From the NCBI GenBank assembly GCA_963844885.1, contig CAWJQA010000008.1, positions 250,039 through 314,038 on the forward strand: a DNA stretch of 64,000 nucleotides. The letters are read 5' to 3'. The DNA comes from an uncultured Holophagales bacterium (GTDB taxonomy: Bacteria > Acidobacteriota > Thermoanaerobaculia > Multivoradales > UBA5704). The position numbers were made by a program, and so were the translations under genes. The notes below the pieces were generated by a model. That model saw nothing but the letters and a program-made list of their open reading frames with translations, was not told the origin of the DNA and did no database searches. Below are positions 49,013 to 60,741 of the stretch, piece after piece. Numbering within the stretch: position 1 is the stretch's first letter; each line of letters opens with the position of its first letter.

Positions 49013-49210
49013 GACTTCGTTCCTCGATGGGCGTGCCTACACCTTCTGAAGAGTCCTCGTGGCAACGCTGCCTCGACATTCTAGCGCGAAATCCCGTTAC
49101 CCGGCCAGCCGGGCGAGGTGCGGCGGCGAAGGTGGGAGCTCGCGGCGCCCACCTCCCCCTCAGAGGGCGTGAAAGAATCGCGAATGACTTTGCCGCAACG
49201 TGGCCTTAGA

Positions 49211-49257
49211 CACAAACCTCGGAGGGAACATCGCGCACCCGCGACGCCCCCTCCGAG
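49211..49257 (-). terminator. possible terminator hairpin downstream of the adhesin gene
   Basis: 9-bp stem CTCGGAGGG / CCCTCCGAG (49218-26 and 49249-57) with a long 22-nt loop. T-rich runs flank it on both strands. Confidence 0.3.
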
Positions 49258-49280
49258 TTTTCGCTCAGAAATCCAGGCCC

Positions 49281-52200
49281 TCAGACCCGCCGTTCGCCAG
49301 TCCGGAAGCGCCAGGCCGCGGCGGCGGCGAGCAGCAGCGCCAGGAGCATGGCGCCCCACTCGGAAACCGTCGGGATGTCGGGCACTCCGATCACCGTCAC
49401 TACGTCCACCGTGGGATCGTCCGACGGAGTGGTTGCGGGGTTGTCGGACACCACGTCCGGGAAGTTGCTCCCGGTGACGGTCGCCTGGTTGACGACCGTG
49501 GTGACGCCGGACGGGAAGGGGTTGTCGAGCTTGACGGTGAAGTTCACCGTCGCCTGCCCCGTCGTGGCCACCAGGGTACCGAGGTTGACCGCGACGCTGG
49601 TCGCCCCCGGCAGGTTGCCGACGGTCACCGTACCCTGCGTGGTGGTCACCGAGCCGGCGACCAGGGTGGAGTGGGCTCCCGGCGTATCGGTCAGGATCAC
49701 AGCCAGGGCATCGGCGTTGCCGGTGTTGGCGATGTGGATCGAGTAAGCGAGCGTGTCACCCGGCGAGAGAACGCCGTTCCCGTCGAGGTCGTTGGTGGTC
49801 ACCACGAAGCTGCTCGACTTGACCGCCTTCACCAGCGGTGCCGTCTGATTGACCGTCAACGTATCGCTGCCCGTATTGCCGGTTCCGCCGTTGGTCGAGG
49901 TCACGTTACCCGTCGTGTTCGCCTTCGAGCCGCTGGTCGTCGCCGTGACGTCGACCGTCACCGTGCAAGTGCCGCTCGCCGCGACCGTGCCGCCCGAGAA
50001 GCTCACGGACGTGTTGCCGGCCGCCGGTGCGAACGTCGGCGAGCCGCAACCCGAGGTCGAGACGTTCGGAGTCGCTGCCACCTGCAAGCCCGCCGGGAAC
50101 GAGTCCGTGAACGCGACACCGGTCAGCGCCGTGCCCGTGTTCGGATTCGTGATCGTAAAGGTCAGCGTGCTCACTCCGCCGACCGCGATCGGATTCGGAG
50201 AGAACGCCTTCGCGATGCTCGGCGGTGAAATCACCGTCAACGTATCGGTACCCGTGTTGCCGGTGCCGCCGTTGGTCGAGGTGACGTTGCCCGTCGTGTT
50301 CACCTTGGCACCAGCGGTCGTGGCGGTGATATCGACAGTCACCGTGCAGGTGCCGCTCGCCGCGACCGTACCGCCCGAGAAGCTCACCGACGTATTGCCA
50401 GCGGCCGGTGCGAAGGTCGGAGAACCGCAGCCGGTCGTGGTGACGTTCGGAGTCGCCGCCACCGCCATGCCTGCCGGGAACGAGTCGGTGAAGGCCACGC
50501 CCGTGAGGGCGAAGCCGGAGTTGGGATTCGTCACCGTGAACGTAAGCGTGCTCACGCCACCGACGACGATGGGGTTGGGAGAGAACGCCTTGCTGATGCC
50601 CGGCGCGGTGCCGACCGTCAGCGTATCGCTGCCCGTATTGCCGGTTCCGCCGTTGGTCGAGGTCACGTTACCCGTCGTGTTCGCCTTCGAGCCGCTGGTC
50701 GTCGCCGTGACGTCGACCGTCACCGTGCAGGTGCCGCTCGCCGCGACCGTGCCGCCCGAGAAGCTCACGGATGTGTTTCCGGCCGCCGGTGCGAACGTCG
50801 GCGAGCCGCAGCCCGAGGTCGAGACGTTCGGAGTCGCTGCCACCTGCAAGCCCGCCGGGAACGAGTCCGTGAACGCGACACCGGTCAGTGCCGTACCCGT
50901 GTTCGGGTTCGTGATCGTAAAGGTCAGCGTGCTCACTCCTCCGACCGCGATCGGATTCGGAGAGAACGCCTTGGCGATGCTTGGCGGTGAGACCACCGTC
51001 AGAGTGGAAGTGCCGGTGCCGCCGGTTCCGCCGGTGGTCGAAGTGACGTTGCCCGTGGTGTTCACCTTGGCCCCAGCGGTCGTGGCGGTGACATCGACAG
51101 TCACCGTGCAGGTGCCGCTCGCCGCGACCGTACCGCCCGAGAAGCTCACCGACGTATTGCCAGCGGCCGGTGCGAACGTCGGAGAGCCGCAGCCGGTCGT
51201 GGTGACGTTCGGAGTCGCCGCCACCGCCATGCCTGCCGGGAACGTGTCGGTGAAAGCGACGCCCGTAAGGGCAAAGCCGGAGTTGGGATTCGTCACGATG
51301 AACGTAAGCGTGCTCACGCCACCGACGACGATGGGGTTGGGAGAGAACGCCTTGCTGATGCCCGGCGCGGTGCCGACCGTGAGCGTATCGCTGCCCGTAT
51401 TGCCGGTTCCGCCGTTGGTCGAGGTCACGTTACCCGTCGTGTTCGCCTTCGAGCCGCTGGTCGTCGCCGTGACGTCGACCGTCACCGTACAGGTGCCGCT
51501 CGCCGCGATCGTGCCGCCCGAGAAGCTCACCGACGTGTTGCCGGCCGCCGGTGCGAACGTCGGCGAGCCGCAACCCGACGTCGAAGCGCTCGGAGTCGCA
51601 GCCACTTCAAGGCCGGCCGGGAACGAGTCCGTGAACGCGACACCGGTCAGCGCCGTGCCCGCGTTCGGATTCGTGATCGTAAAGGTCAGCGTGCTCACCC
51701 CGCCGACCGCGATCGGATTCGGCGAAAACGCCTTCGCGATGCTCGGCGGCGAAACCACCGACAACGTATCCGTACCCGTATTGCCGGTTCCGCCGTTGGT
51801 CGAGGTCACGTTACCCGTCGTATTCACCTTCGAGCCGCTGGTCGTGGCCGTGACGTTGACCGTCACCGTGCAGGTGCCGCTCGCCGCGATCGTGCCGCCC
51901 GAGAAGCTCACCGACGTATTGCCGGCCGCCGGTGCGAACGTCGGCGAGCCGCAACCCGACGTCGAAGCGCTCGGAGTCGCCGCCACCTCGAGGCCGGCCG
52001 GGAACGAGTCCGTGAACGCGACGCCGGTCAGCGCCGTCCCCGCGTTCGGATTCGTGATCGTAAAGGTCAGCGTGCTCACTCCGCCGACCGCGATCGGATT
52101 CGGAGAGAACGCCTTCGCGAGGCTCGGCGGCGAAACCACCGACAACGTATCCGTACCCGTATTGCCGGTTCCGCCGTTGGTCGAGGTCACGTTACCCGTC

Positions 52201-55200
52201 GTATTCACCTTCGAGCCGCCGGTCGTCGCCGTGACGTTGACCGTCACCGTGCAGGTGCCGCTCGCCGCGATCGTGCCGCCCGAGAAGCTCACCGATGTAT
52301 TGCCGGCCGCCGGTGCGAACGTCGGAGAGCCGCAACCCGTCGTCGAAGCGCTCGGAGTCGCCGCCACCTCGAGGCCGGCCGGGAACGAGTCCGTGAACGC
52401 GACGCCGGTCAGCGCCGTCCCCGCATTCGGATTCGTGATCGTAAAGGTCAGAGTGCTCACTCCGCCGACCGCGATCGGATTCGGAGAGAACGCCTTCGCG
52501 AGGCTCGGCGGTGAAACCACCGACAACGTATCGGTACCCGTGTTGCCGGTCCCACCGTTGGTCGAGGTCACGCTACCCGTCGTGTTCACCTTCGAGCCGC
52601 TGGTCGTCGCCGTCACGTTGACCGTCACCGTACAGGTGCCGCTCGCCGCGATCGTGCCGCCCGAGAAGCTCACCGATGTGTTACCAGCCGCCGGTGCGAA
52701 CGTCGGAGAGCCGCAGCCCGAGGTCGAAGCGCTCGGAGTCGCCGCCACCTCGAGGCCGGCCGGGAACGAGTCCGTGAACGCGACGCCGGTCAGCGCCGTG
52801 CCCGCATTCGGATTCGTGATCGTAAAGGTCAGCGTGCTCACCCCGCCGACCGCGATCGGATTCGGAGAGAACGCCTTCGCGAGGCTCGGCGGTGAAACCA
52901 CCGACAACGTATCCGTACCCGTATTGCCCGTGCCGCCGTTGGTCGAGGTCACGCTACCCGTCGTATTCACCTTCGAGCCGCCGGTCGTCGCCGTGACGTT
53001 GACCGTCACCGTGCAGGTGCCGCTCGCCGCGATCGTGCCGCCCGAGAAGCTCACCGACGTATTGCCAGAGGCCGGAGAGAACGTCGGCGAGCCGCAACCC
53101 GACGTCGAAGCGCTCGGAGTCGCCGCCACCTCGAGGCCCGCCGGGAACGAGTCCGTGAACGCGACACCGGTCAGCGCCGTCCCCGCGTTCGAATTCGTGA
53201 TCGTAAAGGTCAGCGTGCTCACTCCGCCGACCGCGATCGGATTCGGAGAGAACGCCTTCGCGAGGCTCGGCGGTGAAACCACCGACAACGTATCCGTACC
53301 CGTATTGCCGGTTCCGCCGTTGGTCGAGGTCACGTTACCCGTCGTATTCACCTTCGAGCCGCCGGTCGTCGCCGTAACGTTGACCGTCACCGTGCAGGTG
53401 CCGCTCGCCGCGATCGTGCCGCCCGAGAAGCTCACCGATGTATTACCAGCCGCCGGTGCGAACGTCGGCGAGCCGCAACCCGACGTCGAAGCGCTCGGAG
53501 TCGCAGCCACCTCGAGGCCGGCCGGGAACGAGTCCGTGAACGCGACGCCGGTCAGCGCCGTCCCCGCATTCGGATTCGTGATCGTAAAGGTCAGCGTGCT
53601 CACTCCGCCGACCGCGATCGGATTCGGAGAGAACGCCTTCGAGATGCTCGGCGGTGAAACCACGACCGCGCTTGGGACGGTCTTGGAGTCGGTGTTGGAG
53701 GTAACCCCATCCGCCGTGGCCGAGGCCAGGTTGGTTACGAAGCCCGCCGACACGTCCGCGGGGGTGACCGTATAGGTCGCCGTGCAGGTGATGCTTTCTC
53801 CGGGATCGAGAAAATTGTCGAGGTCGCCGACCGTGCTGACCGCCGGGCAACTCTCGTCGGTGGCCTTGTTGTCGGAGACCGTGACCGGCCCGGCCAGCGC
53901 CGCGAATCCGCTGTTGGTCACCAGGAAGCTGTAGTGCAACACCTCGCCGGCCATCAGGAAGCTGGTCTCGGTGACGCTCTTGACGATCGTCAGTCCGGTG
54001 GTCGCGTAGGTCGCGGTCGAGCTGTCCATCACCGTCGTGCCGTTGGTGCCCGAGGCGGTCGCCGTGTTCGGGTGGGTGCCGGACAACGCGGTGATCGGCC
54101 CCACGACGCAGGTGGCGGTCGGATCGTCGGTCGGCGAGGCGACCGGCAGCGGTGCCGGCCAGGTGCAGGAGGCCGTGCTCACCTGCGGATCGCTCACGCC
54201 GACGGAATTCAGCGGTACGTTGCCGATATTTTCGACCGTGAAACGATAGAACACGTTGCCGCCCACCGATGCCGCCAGGAACGAGCTCCACGGACCGGAC
54301 GCGGTCGGACCGACCTGCTTGAGCAGGGCGATCGCCGGAGTCGCCGGAGTGACGGTCAGGGTGTCGGAGGCCGTGTTGCCGTTGACCGGAACGCCGTTGA
54401 CGAGGTGCGACACCGCGCCACTGGTATTGGCATAGCTGCCGGCGACCGGAGCCACGACGTTGACGGTCACGATGCAGGTGCCGCCCGCGGCGATCGTGCC
54501 GCCGCTGAAGCTGATCGAACCGCTTCCGGCCGACGGCGAAAACGTCGGCGAGCCGCAGCCGCTCGTCGTCGCGGCCGGCGCCGGCGCCACCACCATCGCT
54601 CCCGGCGCGACCGGGAACGTGTCCGAGAAGGCCACGCCCGACTGCACCAGGCTCGCGTTCGGGTTGGTGATCGTGAAGGTCAGGGTCGTGGCCGTGCCGG
54701 CGAGCACCGGGTTCGGCGCGAACTGCTTGGCGATGGCCGGCGGCAGGATGCCGGTGATCGAGGCCGTGGCGATGCCGGTGGGTCCGGTGTTGGTGCCGCC
54801 CTCGATAGAGCTGACGAAGCCGCTCACGTTGTCGTGCGGCCCCGAGGCGGTCACCGTCACCGTCGCGGTGATATTGCACGAGCCGCCGGCGGCGAGAGTG
54901 CCGCCGGTGAAAGTGAGGGTGCTCGGCGCGGTGCGGGTGAGCGTGCCACCGCACTGGGCCGAGCTGCCGGAGGTCACCGTGACGCCGGACGGCAGCGTGT
55001 CGTTGAAGGCGATGCCCGAGAGGGCGACTCCGGTGTTGGGATTGGTGACCGTGAACGTGAGCGTCGAAGTGTCGCCCACCGCCACCGGGCTGGGCGAGAA
55101 ACTCTTGCTGATCGTCGGCGGGCTCGGCGTCACGCAGCCGGTGAACGTTACGTTGTCGATGAAGCTGTCGGATCCGGAGTTGGTATTCCCCGAATTGAAC

Positions 55201-57066
55201 ATATAGACGCGAACATGCGTGGTGCCATTCGGGAGCGCGAGAGGACCGAACGAGCTGAAGGCGGTCGTCGAGAGCGGCAGCGCCGTGGAGTTCGCGGCGT
55301 AGACGACGGTGCCCGGATCGGTGGCGGGCCCATTGCCCGCGGTGGCGTCGGTGGCCAGGGAGCTCGTCGCCGCGTAGACGGCGATGCCCTGCGGACTGTT
55401 GGGCGTATTCTTGCGCGCCGCGTCGAAGGCGACCTCGAGGCCGGTATAGCCCGTCATGTCGACGGCAAACTCGAGGTAATCCTCGTTGGCGGAGACCAGC
55501 GTGGCGCCCGTAGTGATGCTGCCGTTCGAGCCCCAGGAGTCGGTACCGGCGGTGAAAGCGGCGGCACTGATGCCGTCACCCGGTTTGGCCGACGGCGTAC
55601 CGGTCACGTTGTCCACGGCCGGCGCCGGCGAGGCGACCGTAAAGCCGGTCGGGAAGGTCCACTGCGCCAGGGTGAAACCGCAGACCAGCGGCGGCGGCGG
55701 CGGCGCGCTGTTGACGGTCAGCGTATCGGTCGCGAACTTCCCCGTATCGATGCCGGCGGCGAAAAGATGGTTCGAAGTGTTGGTGTAGGTGCCGGTCGCG
55801 GGCACGGTCACGTTCACCTTCACCGTGCAACTGCTGTTGGCCGCCACCGTGCCGTTCGAAAACGAGATCGAGCCCGCCCCCGCCACCGGCGCGAACGTCG
55901 CGGCGCCACAGCCGTTGGTGGTGGCGCCCGGCGCACTGGCGACCACCATCGCTCCCGGCGAGGTCGGGAACACGTCCGAGAAGCTCACTCCCGAGACCGC
56001 CGCCGCATTGGGATTGGTGATCGTGAACGTGAGCGCGGAGACGCCGTTGACGTTGGTGGGATCGGGGCTGAAATTCTTGGCGATCGTGAGCGTCGTGGGA
56101 TCGACGACCACCGCGAAGCGCGTCGAGGTACCGAAGTCGTCGTTGTAGTGATAGCTGCTGCCCGAGAAGTCGTACAGCAGGCTGCTGAGCGGCTCGGGAT
56201 TGACCAGCGGCGCGCCCGGGACCTGCAGGATCTTGACAACGTAGGTGACGACGACACCGCCGCCGACCTTGCCCACGTCCCGGCAGGAGCGGTAGTAGGG
56301 GCTGTTCGGATCGTTGTCCCACTTGCAGGCATCGCCGTACAGCTTGTCGTTCGGATTGCTCACGTACACCGACGTGTCGGCGGTGTATGTGGTGGACACC
56401 GACTGCACCTGGAAGATCGTGTTGGGAAAGTTGATGAAGCTTTCGAGCTGCTCGTAGCCGTTGGTGGCCGTCGAGCCGACGAGGTCGATGGTGTAGGTCT
56501 GACCGACCAGGAGCGTCATCGTCCCGCGCGTTGGGGATCGAGGTGCCGTTGAGCTTGACGTCGAGGATGTGGTTGCGCGACTGGGAGATGAGGTGCTCGA
56601 CGTAAAGGTCCCGCGGGGCCGGCGTGCTCACGGTCCCGAGCGTGTCGGCGGTGGTAGTGATGTGGTAGCGGCGGGTCGTGTCGTACGCGGCCGGGTTCCG
56701 CGTCACCTCGACCTCGTAGTAGAAGTCGTGGCAGGCAGCGGGCGCGAGGCTCGGCACCGGGCTGGCGTTGAAGTCGGAGAGCGTCCCGGGCCGCAGGTTG
56801 ACCAGGGCGTTGGCCGAGTCCCAGACGAACGCCGAGGTGACGTTGGTGGCGGCGGCGTCGCCGGTGTTGCAGACGCGGGCGCCTACGGGGAAGTGGTTCG
56901 GCCCGGCGTTGACGTCGTTGCTGTCCAGCCCGATGACGTTCCAGGTGATCGGGCTGATGGAGAGGCTGGCGACGGCGAAGGCCGGCGACTGGCCGAACAA
57001 TAGCGCCGCGGCCAGGGTCAGGCCGCAGAGCAGGTTTCTGCGAGGGAACGCGATCCGGTCGAGCAT
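49281..57066 (-). pseudogene. giant surface protein: signal peptide, about 17 DUF11-type beta-sandwich repeats, IPTL-CTERM-type sorting tail; one frameshift as sequenced
   Basis: The N-terminal ORF starts at ATG 57066 (MLDRIAFPRRNLLCGLTLAAALLFGQSPAFA). It joins the 2412-aa ORF 49281..56519 across one extra C near 56525 (LNGTSIPNA|GTMTLLVGQTY). The repeat signature is KAFSPNPIAVGGVSTLTFTITNPNAGTALTGVAFTDSFPAG. The C-terminus is IPTVSEWGAMLLALLLAAAAAWRFR. Confidence 0.85.
49855..53665. repeat. about ten near-identical 381-bp (127-aa) tandem repeats inside the adhesin gene
   Basis: The marker GTCA(A/G)CGTATCG recurs at 49855, 50236 and 50617 (period 381). The protein shows about 10 consecutive near-identical units. 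Confidence 0.85.
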
Positions 57067-57207
57067 GGTCTCTACCGCCTCTCCAGGAACGGAATCTGGA
57101 TTCTGAATTATTGAACTGCGTCGATACGATTCGAAGAACCATAGCGTAGCATAAGCCGCTCTACCTTGGGAAGCGGGAAGCCTCGAGGGAGATCGGCGGC
57201 CAAAAAA

Positions 57208-57504
57208 TCAGGACGAGCCGGAGGATGCACCTCCTCCGGACCTCGTCCCGAATCCCACAGAGGACGTCAGCCTCCCGGGGGAGGCTGGGGGACATTGGGG
57301 CCCGCGGCGCTGAGCGCGCACGACGAGCCAGGCGACGCACCCGATCGAGAGGAACGGGGCCGCGAGGAGCAGGAGAATGCCGTGGCGGAACCCCTCGGCC
57401 AGAGCAGCGGCCTGGGGTGACTGCAAGGCCGTGCGGCACATCGGGCACTGGGCTGCCGCCGCTTCGGGCAGCAGCAGGAGCGCGAGGATCAGCCATCGCT
57501 TCAC
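57208..57504 (-). CDS. small membrane protein with CxxC motif, last gene of the oxidase operon
   Basis: The GTG start forms a GTGA overlap with the upstream stop. KRWLILALLLLPEAAAAQCPMCRT is followed by one hydrophobic helix. The C-terminal third is low complexity. Confidence 0.45.
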   Translation of the reverse strand: MKRWLILALLLLPEAAAAQCPMCRTALQSPQAAALAEGFRHGILLLLAAPFLSIGCVAWLVVRAQRRGPQCPPASPGRLTSSVGFGTRSGGGASSGSS

Positions 57505-57797
57505 GGCGAGACCATCCGGAAGATGCGCAGGCCGTCGGGTGCGATCAAAAGGAAAAGAATGGCGCCGTTGAGGAGAAGGCCGAAGAAGACGGCCAGTCCC
57601 AGCACCATCCGCTCGAAGCGCAGATGCATGAACCAGCCACTGATCAGCCCCGCTTTCGCCAGCATGGCCACCACCAGCACTCCGATCAGCAGGCCGCGCG
57701 GAATCGGCGCCGTGTCCAGGAACAGCATCACCACCGTGAGGGACAGCAGGACCAGCCAGATGCGGATGTAGGTCCGGTAGCCCGGCGCTGTGCTCAT
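57501..57797 (-). CDS. prokaryotic cytochrome c oxidase subunit IV family protein
   Basis: 98 aa with three hydrophobic helices, located between subunit III and the operon end. Confidence 0.65.
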   Translation of the reverse strand: MSTAPGYRTYIRIWLVLLSLTVVMLFLDTAPIPRGLLIGVLVVAMLAKAGLISGWFMHLRFERMVLGLAVFFGLLLNGAILFLLIAPDGLRIFRMVSP

Positions 57798-57809
57798 GCC
57801 CGCCTCCGT

Positions 57810-58398
57810 TCAGATCAGATAGAAAAAGGTGAAGATGAAGACCCAGACGAGGTCGACGAAGTGCCAGTAGAGGCCGGCCATCTCAACGCCTTCCGGCTTC
57901 GTCTTCCCCGCCCGCCACCGCAGCGCGGTGATGAGGAGCACCAGCACCCCCGTGAGCACATGCGTGCCGTGGAAGCCGGTGATCAGAAAGAAATAGGCAC
58001 CGAAGAGCGCCGCGCCCCAGGGGTTCGAGCCCAGGCGCATTCCCTCCCCGATCAGGGTGTTCCACTCGTAGGCCTGCATGCCGAGGAACCCCAGGCCGCC
58101 CAAGGCCGTCAGCATCAGGAAAGTCCCGGCTTTCGGCCGGTCGCCGTCCCGCGACGCCTGCACTGCCGCGGCCATCGTGGCGCTGCTCGAGATCAGGAGG
58201 AAGGTCATGGCCGCGATGAAAGAGAGGTGGAAGACCGCTCCCTGATCGGGCCAGCCCGGGTTGGACAATCCGGGCAAAACCGTAGCTCGCCAGAAACCCG
58301 GCGAACAGCAGGCCGTCGGTGATGATGAAGGTCCACATCATCATCTTGCGCCAGCCCATGTCGAACGGCGTCAGGGCCGGATGAGTCGCTTCGGACAT
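57810..58398 (-). pseudogene. ctaE: heme-copper oxidase subunit III, one frameshift as sequenced
   Basis: AAGGAG lies before ATG 58398. MSEATHPALTPFDMGWRKMMMWTFIITDGLLFAGFLASYGFARI, then the frame changes near 58270 to SNPGWPDQGAVFHLSF...FFLITGFHGTHVLTG...YWHFVDLVWVFIFTFFYLI. Confidence 0.8.
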
Positions 58399-58411
58399 GC
58401 AGGCTCCTTTC

Positions 58412-58960
58412 TCAACCGCCCAGCAGGAGAAGGAAAAGGAAAATCCAGAGAACACCCAGGAAGTGCCAATACGTCGTACACAGCCGCAGGCGCCGCCAGG
58501 CCTGCGCGGAGTCGCGCCGGATCAGTGCCCATAACGTCGCGGACAGGAACAGGATGCCGCCCAGGAGATGAATCCCGTGCAGCCCGCTCAGGATGTAGAG
58601 GAACGAGCTGTACGGGCCGGTCCGCACCAGGATCCCGCGCCGCGCCAGCTCCAGCCACGCCGCGCCCTGACCGATCAGAAAAAGCAGGCCCGACAGCAGC
58701 GCCATGCCCACCCATGACGCGCCGCGCCTCCCTTCGCGGCTCCGCGCCAGCTCCAGGAAGACGCTGCTCGCCACGAGCACGCCGGTGTTCACCCAGAGCA
58801 CGGCAGGCAAGGATACCGGCGCCCAATCGACGGCCGTGCGGCGGATCAGATAGGCGCTCGCGAAGGCGGCGAAGAGCATCACCACCGTTGAAAGGAAGAT
58901 CCACAGAGCCAGGGCTCCGGGGTCCAAGGCGGGACGGCGGTCGGAGATCGATGCTTGCAT
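58412..58960 (-). CDS. second heme-copper oxidase subunit III-family protein
   Basis: Intact, 182 aa. SSFLYILSGLHGIHLLGG...YWHFLGVLWIFLFLLL. Confidence 0.75.
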   Translation of the reverse strand: MQASISDRRPALDPGALALWIFLSTVVMLFAAFASAYLIRRTAVDWAPVSLPAVLWVNTGVLVASSVFLELARSREGRRGASWVGMALLSGLLFLIGQGAAWLELARRGILVRTGPYSSFLYILSGLHGIHLLGGILFLSATLWALIRRDSAQAWRRLRLCTTYWHFLGVLWIFLFLLLLGG

Positions 58961-58973
58961 GATGGCCGACTCC

Positions 58974-60726
58974 TCAGAACGTCACCGGCAATTGAGCCGC
59001 GCCCACGGTCTGCGGTGCGAAGTCCACGTCCGTGTTGTCCGGGCTGTACTCATAGGCCCAGCGCTCCACCACGGGCAACTCGCCCACCCAGTTGCCGTGC
59101 GGCGGCGGAGACACGGTCGTCCACTCCAGAGTGGTGGCGCGCCAGGGGTTCTCCGCCGGTTTTCTGCCCCGCGCGAGGCTCCAGACGAAGTTCACCAGGA
59201 ATATGAGCTGCGCCGCGCCGAGCGCGAAAGCGAACCAGGTGACCACGATGTTCAGGTTCCGGACCGGCTCCAGGTACTGATAGGTCTGAAACATGTAGTA
59301 GCGCCGTGGCATCCCGGCCAGGCCGATGAAGTGTTGGGTCAGGAACACGCCGTAGAACGGGACGAGCGTCAACCAGAAGTGGAGCCGCCCGAGCCCCTCG
59401 TTCATCTTGCGGCCGAACATCTTCGGGAACCAGAAGTAGATCGCCGCGAAGGTGGCGAACAGCGTGACGCCGCCGATCACGAAGTGGAAGTGGCCGACCA
59501 CGAAGTAGGTGTCGTGGAGCTGGATGTCCGCCGTGGCGTTGCCCAGGAAGATGCCGCCGAAGCCGCCCGTGCCGAACAGCGAGATCAGGCCCAGGGCGAA
59601 CAGCATCGGCGTGTCGAAACGCAGGCTCCCGCCCCACAGGCTCGCCAGCATGTTCACCCCGATGATCGCCGACGGGATCGTAATCATCAGCGTCACCAGC
59701 GTGAAGTACTCGCCCGAGTAAGGGCTCATGCCGCTGACGAACATGTGATGGCCCCAGACGATCATGCTCAAGGACGCGATCGTGAGGTAGCTGTAGACGG
59801 TCAGCTTGTAGCCGAACACCGGCTTGCGCGTGAAGGCCGACAGGATCTCGAACACGATGCCGAGCGCCGGCAGAATCAGGACGTACACCTCCGGATGGCC
59901 CAGGAACCAGAACAGGTGCTGCCAGAGCAGCGGCGTGCCGCCTTGATGATTCGTGACGAGCTGGCCGCCGACAATCAGCCCGGACGGGCAGGAAGAAGCT
60001 CGTGCCGCCGTGGCGGTCGAACAGGAGCATGATCGCGGCCGCCGTGAGCGGCGGAAAGGCCAGCACTCCCACCACCGCGGAGATGAAATAGGACCATACC
60101 GTGAGCGGCATGCGCAAGAGGCTCATGCCGGGCGCCCGCAGGCAGAGCACCGTAGCGATCACGTTGAGCCCGCTCAGGGTGAAAGAAGCGATGAACAACG
60201 CCATGGCCAGGAGCCACAGCGTCTGCCCCATGCCGGAGCCGGGCACCGCCGCCTTGAGCGCGCTGAGCGGCGGATAGGCGGTCCACCCCGCCGCCGCCGC
60301 GCCGCCCTCCACGAGGAAGGACGACAGCGCCACCAGCGCGCTCGTGATCGCGATCCACACCGAGAGCATGTTGAGGAAGGGGAACGCCATGTCGCGGGCG
60401 CCGACCTGGAGCGGCACGAGATAGTTGCCGAAGCCGCTGACCAGCACGTAGGAGATGAAAAAAAACACCATGATGGTGCCGTGCATGGTCACCAGAGAGA
60501 TGTAGAACTCGGGCGCCATGATCCCGCCCTGCATCCCCTGGGGAAAGATTTTTTCCAGCAACGGCCAGGCATGCCCGGGCCACGCGAGTTGCAAGCGGAT
60601 GATCATCGCCAGCGCGCCTCCGGCGAGCGCCATGAGGAACCCGGTGAGCATGTACTGGATGCCGATCACCTTGTGATCGAAGCTGAAAATGTAACGCCGC
60701 CAGAAGCCGAGCCGCTCTTCGGACAT
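58974..60726 (-). pseudogene. ctaD: cytochrome c oxidase subunit I, one frameshift as sequenced
   Basis: MSEERLGFWRRYIFSFDHKVIGIQYM...GTSFFLP, then one extra G near 59990 shifts the frame to SGLIVGGQLVTNHQGGTPLLWQHLFWFLGHPEVYVLILPALG...HDTYFVVGHFHF. Confidence 0.9.
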
Positions 60727-60741
60727 GGATCTCCTCGCCTT

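Noticed and set aside
49855-53665. 381-bp tandem repeats as a mobile element or non-coding satellite
   Set aside because: They are in frame within one long ORF and encode complete DUF11-type Ig-like modules with conserved cysteines.
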